Part shown: piece after piece, positions 10,005 to 18,028 of the stretch
Layout of the letters: the number at the start of each line of letters is the position of its first letter
Position numbering within the stretch: the first letter of the stretch is position 1
Assembly (NCBI GenBank): GCA_039588275.1
Contig: JBDHAC010000017.1
Location: 32,001 to 96,000, forward strand
Length of the DNA: 64,000 nt
From: Gemmatimonadota bacterium
Lineage (GTDB): Bacteria; Gemmatimonadota; Gemmatimonadetes; Palauibacterales; Palauibacteraceae
Direction of reading: 5' to 3'
Notes under the pieces: model-generated
The model's database searches: none
What the model was told of the DNA's origin: nothing
What the model saw: only the letters and a program-made list of their open reading frames with translations
Made by a program: the position numbers and the translations under genes

Positions 10005-10026
10005 TTGTCACCGAGTTGTCACCGAG
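10005..10026 (+). repeat. 11-bp tandem direct repeat TTGTCACCGAG x2 (candidate integrase arm-binding sites)
   Basis: Perfect tandem copy about 100 bp from the CTCAAAA core at 9902-9908. The repeat is seen directly; the function is inferred. Confidence 0.6.
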
Positions 10027-10069
10027 ATCGACTGCCCCTGCTCCGCCCTCGCCTCGTCCGGTCCCCGCT

Positions 10070-10213
10070 GGAGCTGGCAGACGCGCCGGACTCAAAAGCG
10101 GCTCGCCACTCCGGCGTATTTCGCTGAAACGCCAGACGCCACGCGGCCTCATGCGCTATTCTAGCGTATCTCCAAAGCTCTGATACGCTCAGCTAGCGAA
10201 TCAGAACCCGCCC
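10070..10213 (+). repeat. Inverted copy of partial tRNA-Leu 5' half plus conserved ~115-bp arm
   Basis: GGAGCTGGCAGACGCGCCGGACTCAAAA (one mismatch to the tRNA), then gcggctcgccactccggcgtatttcgctg...ctagcgaatcagaa, colinear without gaps to the reverse complement of about 17043-17186. Confidence 0.85.
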
Positions 10214-10336
10214 ATAAACCCGCCCAGCGTGGGGTCGAACGAGAACTCGAGACCTTCTCCGAGCCTCGACCTCCTCGAACCGATGGCCTACGTTTACGAG
10301 GGCCTGATCCATACCCCCCGACGGGCCGCGCTGGTC

Positions 10337-13085
10337 ATGGACGCAACTGACTGGGAGCCTCTGAAACGGCTGTTCGAGCGGGCCAGCGCGTTGCCTGCGG
10401 AGGAGCAGGCTGCCTTCCTTGAGAGCGCCTGCGCAGACGACCCCAGTAAGCAAGCCCAACTCGAGTCGTTGTTGGCTGCCGCCCAGGAAGCCAACCCCTT
10501 TTTCGACAGCCTCGCCGATGCCGTCCTCTCGCTCCCGCAATGGACGGACGATTCAACCCCCTCTGCGGCTGCGGAACCCGATCCCTTGATCGGTCGGACG
10601 GTCCACCAGTACCGGATCGACGAGAAGCTCGGAAGTGGCGGCATGGGGGTCGTGTACCGCGCACTCGATACCGGTCTCGACCGAACGGTCGCGCTCAAGT
10701 TCCTCCCGCACCACCTGCGTGCGGACGACGCAGCCACGGAACGCTTCCTGGTCGAGGCCCGGGCCGCGGCGGCCCTGGACCACCCGAACGTGTGCACCGT
10801 GCACGAAATCGGGGAGGACGAGGACGGGCGGCAGTTCATCGCGATGGCCTGTTACGAGGGTGAGACGCTCAAACAGAAACTCGAGCGGGGGCCGCTCCCG
10901 ATCGACGAGGCGATCGATTACGCGCATCAGATGGCGGCTGGGCTCGGGGCTGCACACGCACACGACATTGTTCACCGAGACATCAAGCCGGGGAATGTGA
11001 TCGTCACGCCGGAAGGTGTCGTCAAGGTCCTGGACTTCGGCCTGGCGAAGCTGACCGATGTCACCCTCACTGGCACGGGCACCACGCTGGGCACGGTGGC
11101 CTACATGTCGCCGGAGCAGATCCAAGGCGAAGGAGTGGATCGGCGCACGGACCTGTGGTCACTGGGCGTGGTGCTGTACGAGATGCTGACTGGCGATCGC
11201 CCGTTTAAAGGGGACTCGACGGCGGTCGTGCTTCACGCCATCCAGCACGAGGATCCGCTCCCGCCCTCCGTTCTGCGGTCGGAAGTTCCACCGGAGATCG
11301 ATGCGGTTGTCGGGCAACTGATCACAAAGGACCCCGAGCAGCGGCCCGAGAGGGCCGAAGCTATGGGCCTGGGCAGCGGCGAGACGACCGTGCCCAAAGG
11401 CGTGTTCGGCAGGCCGACCGGGTTGGCGCGGCTCCGCTCGTGGCAGACCGTGGCGGTTCTGCCCCTCCTCGCCGTGGCCATCATCGTGGGCTGGGGGCTC
11501 ACCCGCCCGTCGGGTCCGTCTCTCGCGGTGCCGCGGACGGCGATCGCTGTGCTGCCGTTCGAGGACTTGAGCGTCGAGGCCGAGCATGCCTACTTCGCGG
11601 CCGGACTGCACAGCGAATTACTGACCCAGCTCATGAAGGTGGCGATGCTCACCGTCACGGCGCGCACGTCGGTTCTGGGCTATGCAGATACGTACAAGCC
11701 ACTCTCGGTGATTGCAGACGAGCTGGGCGTGGGAAGCATCGTCGAGGGCAGCGTCCAGGTCCTTGGCGATCGCTTGCGGGTGAATGTGACGCTCTTGGAT
11801 GGCGAGACCGGCGGGGACCTCTGGGCCGACAGCTATGGCGGCACGTTGGAGGACGCCTTCGCGGTCCAGAGCGCCATCGCCCAGCAGGTGGTGGTGGCGA
11901 TTGGAGGGGTCCTCACAGAGACCGAGGCGAGCGCGATTGCCACGCCGCCGACCGCCAATCCCGAGGCGTACCTGCTCTACTTGCAAGGCGAGGAGTACCG
12001 CACGCGGCGGACGAGTTTCGAGCCAGACCTCGAGATCGCACAGCAGTTTTACGAGCGGGCTCTCGCCATCGACTCGACGTTCGCGCTCGCGTATGCCTCG
12101 CTGTCCCAAGTCCACGCATTTCTCTACTGGATGGGACACGACCCGTCCCTCGGGCGGCTCGAGCGCCAGCGTGAGGCGGCGGAGGCGGCGCTCCGACTCG
12201 CCCCCGATCTTCCGCAGGCACGCTGGGCCATGGCGCTGGTGCACTACTATGGTGAGCGGGACTACACCCGGGCCCTCGAGGAGCTAACCGCCGCGGTTGA
12301 GGAGCTCCCGGGATCCGCCGAGCTGTGGATCTTTGTCGGTGCCTTACACCGCCGTTTGGGCCAATGGGATCATGCGGTGGCCGCGTTCGAGAAGGCCACG
12401 GCGCTGGACCCGCGCAACGCGAGTTCCATCGCCGAGGTCGGTAATACGCTCGAGTTCCTGCATCGCTATGAGGAGGCCATCGCGGCGTTTGACCGGGCAT
12501 TGAGATTGGCCCCGGACACTTGGTGGTGGCAGTTGACCAAGGCCACGATTTATCTCCGCTGGCTTGGTGAACTGGATACACTACGGAACACCCTACTGCG
12601 TGGACCCGAGGACTACGGCCCTTATGGCAGCCGGAACCTGTGGAGGGCGCGGTTGGCGCTCTGGGAGCGGGAGCCGGACACGGTGTTGGCGCTGCTCGCT
12701 GCGCCCGAGTCGGTGACGTTTGAGACGCAGGGTTCACGTGAGCCAGGGTTGCTGTACGTCGCGTGGGCCCACCAGCTACGTGGGGATCGTGAGGCCGCAG
12801 CTCGAGCCTTCACGGGTGCGTTGGCGCAGGCGGATTCGTTACTGCGCGAGTTCCCCGACGATTGGCGTCTGCGCGTATCACGGGGTCTGGCATTGGCCGG
12901 CGTGGGGCATGGAATGGAGGCACGGGCGGAAGCGGAGTGGCTTCGTGCGAATGTGCTGGGTCAGCATTACGACCGATCTAGGCGGTCCATCCATCACGGG
13001 CGTGCACGACCTACGGCTCGATCCACGGTGGGATCCGATCCGCGACGATCCACGGTTCCAGGCCCTCCTGGAACGCTACGAGTAG
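10337..13085 (+). pseudogene. Hanks-type Ser/Thr protein kinase + TM + TolB-N-like + TPR, frameshifted near the C-terminus
   Basis: LGSGGMGVVY, VALKFL, HRDIKPGN, KVLDFGLAK, GTVAYMSPEQ, DLWSLG; IAVLPFEDL; TPRs. The family-typical tail LRLDPRWDPIRDDPRFQALL lies in another frame ending at TAG 13085. Confidence 0.8.
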
Positions 13086-13300
13086 CAGCCGAGTCACCGA
13101 GGCACCACCGCCGAGCCGATCGGCTGACCCATCAGATTCCTATGCCGCGTAACAGCCCGACGCACAACGCGAACTCGAGATAGGCGGATTGGGCACTCGA
13201 GCGTTGGGGGGTAACCGCGAGCCGACTTGGCACCGGAACGCTCAGGTGGGACCCCAACGAAGACCACCGAAGGTCGGCTAAGTACAAGCAGGTCTTGAAA

Positions 13301-13385
13301 TGCCGGAGGAGGGACTCGAACCCTCAAGGGACTATGTCCCACCGGATTTTGAGTCCGGCGCGTCTGCCAGTTCCGCCACTCCGGC
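13301..13385 (-). tRNA. tRNA-Leu(CAA), intact, CCA not encoded
   Basis: GCCGGAG/CTCCGGC acceptor stem, D loop GGAACTGGCAGAC, anticodon arm CCGGA-CTCAAAA-TCCGG, long variable arm GGGAC-ATA-GTCCC, T arm GAGGG-TTCGAGT-CCCTC, discriminator A. Confidence 0.97.
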
Positions 13386-13415
13386 GTGTCGTCAGAAACA
13401 GCTTGCACGCTACAA

Positions 13416-13470
13416 CCCAGCAGCGTTCGGCCACTTTCGGTTTCGGCGTGCTGGGCGGCTCTGCTGGGCG
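13416..13470. repeat. TGCTGGGCG direct repeats (13449-13457, 13462-13470) plus a partial inverted copy (13416-13422); candidate arm-type sites
   Basis: Seen directly between the integrase-remnant stop codon and the tRNA 5' end. Confidence 0.55.
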
Positions 13471-13474
13471 AGGT

Positions 13475-13632
13475 TTACTTGACCTCCCGCAGCTCCACCC
13501 CGTGTGTCACGACCTTGAGCATCGTCGCATCGTCGGGCTGTTGATACGCCTGCTTGAGCGCCTCCAAGCTACTCCAGTCTACCGCCTGTGCAACGTCCAA
13601 ACCGGGCAGGCCCTTCCGCAACTTGCCCACAG
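13475..13632 (-). pseudogene. C-terminal remnant of a tyrosine recombinase/integrase
   Basis: My translation: LWAS-(frameshift)-RKGLPGLDVAQAVDWSSLEALKQAYQQPDDATMLKVVTHGVELREVK*. This resembles box II with Trp at the His/Trp position and a downstream Tyr. GTA GAC TGG is two substitutions from a GGW-coding GGA GGC TGG. Confidence 0.65.
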
Positions 13633-14003
13633 CGGAGTCTCTGGGAGCTCTCCTGCCCTCCTAGCCCCGAACGCCCGTTCTCCGCCCGAACCCGCCCAGA
13701 GAACCCGTCCATTCGAGACCGATCGCGTCAGCGGTCGCGCTATTACGCGGCAGAGGAATCGTCTGGGTCAGCAGAAACGGGTGTAGGCGCGTCAGATCGG
13801 AAACGTATCGGACCACCTGTTGGACCCACATCCACAGGCGGTCGCATCGTGAACGTCACGGCGGGACCTCATTTGACCCCAACCGCTCACGCCCCGCTCC
13901 GCCACGACCTGCTGCAGTCTGCGCTGTGCCGCGACGCCATGCGCGGCGCCCGAATCTGGCCCGCGCCTCTGGGGCAAGCCCCTTGTCGTGGTGATCTGAG
14001 CCG

Positions 14004-14501
14004 TCAGCGGCGCGTTGCCGCGAACACGCCAGCCCGGGGGAAGTACAGACGGTCTGAGAACGTGCCGGTCGCCGTCTCGTTCGAGATCACCCCGGCTAGG
14101 CTCAGGACCTCGGTACCGGAGGGGGAGCCTCCCTCCTCGAACAGGACGATCAGGAGCTCGCTCCCGCCGGAGCCGAGCCGGAACTCCGCGGCGCCTTGAC
14201 GTGGCTCCCGGTCGGGGTCTCCGTTTTCGGCCGTCCAAACGCCCGACACCGCCTCTCCCGGCCGGAGCTCCGCTGACGCGACCGAGAACCTCGTCGGCAA
14301 GCCCGTCGGGGTCGGGTTCTGGCTGGTCTGTGTCAGCTCGATGCCGAACGTGATGGACGGGCTCGCGCCCGGGGTCCCGCTCGAGAAGTCATCGCCCGAG
14401 GCCACGTCGCCGAGCGGTTCGGGCGTCCCTGGCCCACACCCGATCATGAGGCTGATCAGGCCGAAAGCCACAAATGAGCGCCCCACATATCCCATGGCCA
14501 T
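14004..14501 (-). CDS. Hypothetical lipoprotein (island cargo)
   Basis: AGGAGGAG RBS; hydrophobic N-terminus ending LMIGC (lipobox-like); beta-rich body. Confidence 0.65.
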   Translation of the reverse strand: MAMGYVGRSFVAFGLISLMIGCGPGTPEPLGDVASGDDFSSGTPGASPSITFGIELTQTSQNPTPTGLPTRFSVASAELRPGEAVSGVWTAENGDPDREPRQGAAEFRLGSGGSELLIVLFEEGGSPSGTEVLSLAGVISNETATGTFSDRLYFPRAGVFAATRR

Positions 14502-14649
14502 CTCCTCCTTCCTCGGTCTCCGGTACCCCCGGGCTCGGTCAATGATTCGACCCCGGGAATGTGTTCCGGGGGGGTCACCTGCCGCACAAACGGCGGCAGG
14601 TGACCGACCCGCGAGGCGCCCCGTTTCGATGGGAACGGGACCACCCAGC

Positions 14650-16212
14650 TCATTTCTTCTTGCCCTGGAATCTCACTTCACTGAAGAAAACGTCGGGATC
14701 ACCGAGGCGGCCATCCCCCCAAACCGCGAAGGTCCGATTGCCGCTCGTGGAAATGTCGTTGTAGTCGCCGAAGTTGGGAATGATGTCGGTGGCCGTAGCC
14801 GCCCAGTCTGTCCCGACATCGCTGACTCGCACATTGGGGCCGAAGGTGACCCCGCCATCCGTCGACTGCGCCATGAACGTGTTCGTGATCGACGTCCCGG
14901 CGTTGAGCCGCCGATCATACCACATCACATCTACGTTGCCCCCGGGCTCGACATGGACCATCGGCCAGAATTGGAGGGCCCCAGGGCCGTCGTCGTTCAC
15001 CAGCACGGGCGTGCTCCAGGACGCACCGCCGTCGTCCGAGTAGCTGAGGAAGACGTCGGCGTCCCCCAACACGGCGTCGTGATACGTAACGTACACCCGT
15101 CCCCGGTGTACCCCGGTCTGCGCGACGGCAATGCGTGGGAAATCGTTGATCGTGGGCCGGTTGTATCCCGAGGGCGGACTGAAGGCGATGGAGCTGATGG
15201 TAGACACGAGGCTGGGCGGGCCGAAGCTCGCCCCGCCGTCCGTCGACGTGGCGACCACGATGTCCGGGGTTGGGGACGTCAACCAGCCTCGTTCCCATAC
15301 CACGTAGACATCACCGTTCGGCGCAACGGCCGGCTCCGACCCCTGGTTGACCGTTCCGGCGATGATCGGACCCGCTACCACGGGCGCCCCGAAGGAGGCG
15401 CCGCCGTCGTGGGAGGCGACTACATCGATCTGAGAATTGGCAAACCCTACGAACCGTGTGTAGGTCACGTACACGTCGGTTCCCGTGTGGTCCACGTCGA
15501 TGAACTCTTTGTCAAGGAAGTCCACCGTCGAACTGGCAGCGTAGATGGGCGTGGCCCAGTTCACGGTGACCGCATCCGCCAGCCCGGTCGTGACGCAGAT
15601 GCCGCTGATCGCCCCGTCGAAGCAGAGGTCCGCAAACAGGAAGTCCTTGTCGTTGTTGACGGCCAGGGCTGGATCACCGCCGTGGATGAACCCCGCTGTG
15701 GCCATCCGAGGGAATCCGCCCCCATCTGTCCACGTCTGTCCCCGGTCGGTGGAGACCCCCCACCCAGAGAGGCCGTCAGCGGGGACGTAGAAGCCTGCCG
15801 CATCGTTCCAGGCCGCCACGAGCGTGCCCCCGGACGAGGCTATGCTGACTTCGCTCTGGCCCAGCCCCGGTTGGGCGCGGTTGTTCACGAGGACATCGGC
15901 CATGTCCGTCGGGCCGCTGGCCGCGGCGACGCGGGAGAACGAGGGCATGCCGATCGAGATACCGGAGCTCCGCCCGCGGCTGGTCCGAGCGTCCGCCGCG
16001 TCCGGCCTGCCGAACAGGAGCCGATACGACGCGGCCCCCAGGTAGTCCTTGTACGGTTCAGCACGTTCGGCCATCTGGTCCAACAGATCACTCTCTACGA
16101 CGCTGAGCGCGGGAGCGGCGCCCGGCTGCAGCGGCCCCCCCGAATCCTCGCAGGCCGCCATGGCGAACAGGGCCAGGCCCGCTGCGAAAGCGGGGATACG
16201 TTTCCTAAACAT
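14650..16212 (-). CDS. Sialidase-like BNR/Asp-box lipoprotein (island cargo)
   Basis: AAGGAGG RBS; MFRKRIPAFAAGLALFAMAAC lipobox; Asp boxes STDRGQTW, SHDGGASF, STDGGASF, SDDGGASW, STDGGVTF; QFWP, WYDRR, FGDY. Confidence 0.8.
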   Translation of the reverse strand: MFRKRIPAFAAGLALFAMAACEDSGGPLQPGAAPALSVVESDLLDQMAERAEPYKDYLGAASYRLLFGRPDAADARTSRGRSSGISIGMPSFSRVAAASGPTDMADVLVNNRAQPGLGQSEVSIASSGGTLVAAWNDAAGFYVPADGLSGWGVSTDRGQTWTDGGGFPRMATAGFIHGGDPALAVNNDKDFLFADLCFDGAISGICVTTGLADAVTVNWATPIYAASSTVDFLDKEFIDVDHTGTDVYVTYTRFVGFANSQIDVVASHDGGASFGAPVVAGPIIAGTVNQGSEPAVAPNGDVYVVWERGWLTSPTPDIVVATSTDGGASFGPPSLVSTISSIAFSPPSGYNRPTINDFPRIAVAQTGVHRGRVYVTYHDAVLGDADVFLSYSDDGGASWSTPVLVNDDGPGALQFWPMVHVEPGGNVDVMWYDRRLNAGTSITNTFMAQSTDGGVTFGPNVRVSDVGTDWAATATDIIPNFGDYNDISTSGNRTFAVWGDGRLGDPDVFFSEVRFQGKKK

Positions 16213-17042
16213 CCCATCCTCCTTCCTTCTTAGGTAGGCCGGCGGAGCTTGGGCGCTCCGCCCGACGGGGCTGACGACCGGGAAGTCGGTTCTCCCGGTC
16301 TGCGCTTTGATCCTGCTGCCAGACAGGATCGTGGGCGCGATCGCCCGCGGTGAACGGTGGGGACGCACGAGAACCCTCCCGGCTTTCCCTCCCTCGCGCC
16401 GTCGTCGCGGCGCTCGGGAGGAGTGGCTAGGAGACAGATTTCGTGGGCTCCAAGGAACGATCGGTCGAATATGCGAGGAACATCCGGACTCGTTCCCTGT
16501 AAGTTGGACTTGCCAAACACGTGCGCCCCCTGTGGGTGTCGTGTTGCGGTAGCTGTCAGCTGGTGAGTTCCGTCACAGAGCCGCCAGCTGGCAGCTTTCT
16601 TGTTCTATGGTCGCCCGTCCCGCTCATCCCCGCTGGGAACTAGGCAGTCGCCTCCTTATATCCGCCAAGAACGAGAAACGGGACGCAACCCACAGGCTAC
16701 GCCCCGCTATTACTTTTCGTGGCTGTTCGAATTGGTCGGGTTAGAGAGTCCGCGAGACGTGAGCCGAGTTCGGTGCGAAGGGAGAGCTACGGGAGCGGCA
16801 AACCACTCAGGAGGTAGGCACCGTAGGATCCTGATGCTCATGCCCAAGACCCGCGCAAAAGACCACTTCCGCCCCGAGCCACAACCCACCAACTCTTGCA
16901 GTCTACCAGACCCGCACACGCACCGGCAAGAGGCGTTCGGCAAGAGGGGGACTAGACACCGCACCACCGACCTCGGGCGAAGGGGCGTCAGCTAACGAAT
17001 TGCGCGTCAGGGGAGTTGGTTGTCCGGAAGAAGAGCAGCATA

Positions 17043-17198
17043 GGGGGCCTTCTGCTTCGCTAGGTCAGCCCATCCGAGCTCGAGCTATACGCTGGGATAG
17101 CGAAGAAAGGCTCGTGGCGTATGGCGTTCCAGCGAAATACGCCGGAGTGGCGGGCCGCTTTTGAGTCCGGCGCGTCTGCCAGTTCCGCCACTCCGGCG
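17043..17198 (-). repeat. Displaced 5' half of tRNA-Leu(CAA) (17197-17159) fused at the anticodon loop to the conserved arm
   Basis: 39 nt identical to the tRNA 5' half ending at CTCAAAA, followed by gcggcccgccactccggcgtatttcgctgg..., homologous to 10098-10213. Confidence 0.9.
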
Positions 17199-17340
17199 AG
17201 TGGAGTGATTAGTAAGGCCGAGCGAGCGCGTTCGCTACTGTCGGTTGTCTCGGGTTCTGCCCCCTCAACTCTCTGAATCGCGCACTGCAATCCACGCGTA
17301 CGCATGGGTGAACCTGACACGGTTACCTGGAGGCCCCCGC

Positions 17341-17676
17341 ATGGACATGGACCTGGCGCTGATTCTGGCATTCGTCGTGACATCGCTCTTCATCGTCGTC
17401 GGGGGAATCGTGCTCTTCCCGATCGCCCGACGGCTCGGCGCGTACCTGGAGACGTTGGCCCTCGAGCGCCGCAAGCCACAGGCGCCAGCCCTCCAGGATC
17501 CCACTGGCTTGCAGGAGTATCTCACGGGCGTGTCCGCCTCGCTCGAATCCATCGAGGGCCGTCTCGACCTGATCGACGAGCGGCAGACCTTCCTGGAGCA
17601 CCTCGTCGAGAATCGCTCGCCCGAGCGGTTGGCCCAGGGCGTGGCGCCGAAGGATGCCCGGACGCCCACCGCCTGA
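17341..17676 (+). CDS. Small single-TM membrane protein with a coiled-coil tail
   Basis: GGAGG RBS; hydrophobic N-terminus, PIARRLG..., then RLDLIDERQTFLEHL. Confidence 0.7.
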   Translation: MDMDLALILAFVVTSLFIVVGGIVLFPIARRLGAYLETLALERRKPQAPALQDPTGLQEYLTGVSASLESIEGRLDLIDERQTFLEHLVENRSPERLAQGVAPKDARTPTA

Positions 17677-17723
17677 AGGGGTTTGCTCGTGAGCGGCCGC
17701 CCGACCTAGGTTGGGGATAAGAG

Positions 17724-17809
17724 AATGCCGGTGCGCGCGGTATTTGAGCGGCGTGATTGCCGTCATGTCCTTGCCACAGGAGGGTGCCGCGACGCACCGG
17801 CATTTTTTT
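17724..17809 (+). terminator. Long hairpin followed by a U-tract (terminator or structured sRNA)
   Basis: AATGCCGGTGCG (17724-17735) pairs with CGCACCGGCATT (17793-17804), followed by a run of Ts. Confidence 0.5.
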
Positions 17810-18028
17810 CGCCTCGGGACTTCGCCCGGGCATCTATCTGTAATACGGAACTCGGGACCAAATTTGTTTCCCAGCCCGTCCGAGTTCTAAGACACCCGCC
17901 ACCGTCGTTTGGTTGCTTTTCGGCGTCCCTCACCAGAACGAGGCCAACGGTGAATGGGTGCCGCGGACGCGAGGAACCGAGCGCGCCCTCGACACGCGCC
18001 GGGGCGCGACGGTCAACCGAGGCGAGGG

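Larger units (their letters stand above)
9875..13353. mobile_element. Degenerate island on the 3' side of tRNA-Leu, bounded by a 34-bp direct repeat; cargo is a kinase gene
   Basis: Direct repeat 9875-9908 / 13320-13353; tandem TTGTCACCGAG repeat near the left end; no integrase seen inside. Confidence 0.6.
13347..17198. mobile_element. Degenerate integrative element on the 5' side of tRNA-Leu, bounded by a 40-bp direct repeat of the tRNA 5' half
   Basis: 13347-13386 is identical to 17159-17198; an integrase-like remnant and 9-bp repeats lie next to the intact tRNA; two cargo genes; less GC-rich intergenic DNA. Confidence 0.75.

Noticed and set aside
13160..13210. attC-like hairpin (CAACGC...CTCGAG...CTCGAG.CGTTG) after the kinase gene
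   Set aside because: Box spacing does not fit the attC R/L layout, and there is no integron integrase or cassette array.
16988..17012. GCTAACGAATTGCGCGTCAG resembles one end of an attC site
   Set aside because: No matching complementary half was found; at most an isolated relic.
9902..17165. Group I or II intron in the tRNA-Leu anticodon loop
   Set aside because: The 7-nt loop is duplicated rather than interrupted, no intron core or maturase/endonuclease is visible, and the insert holds an intact tRNA and unrelated genes.
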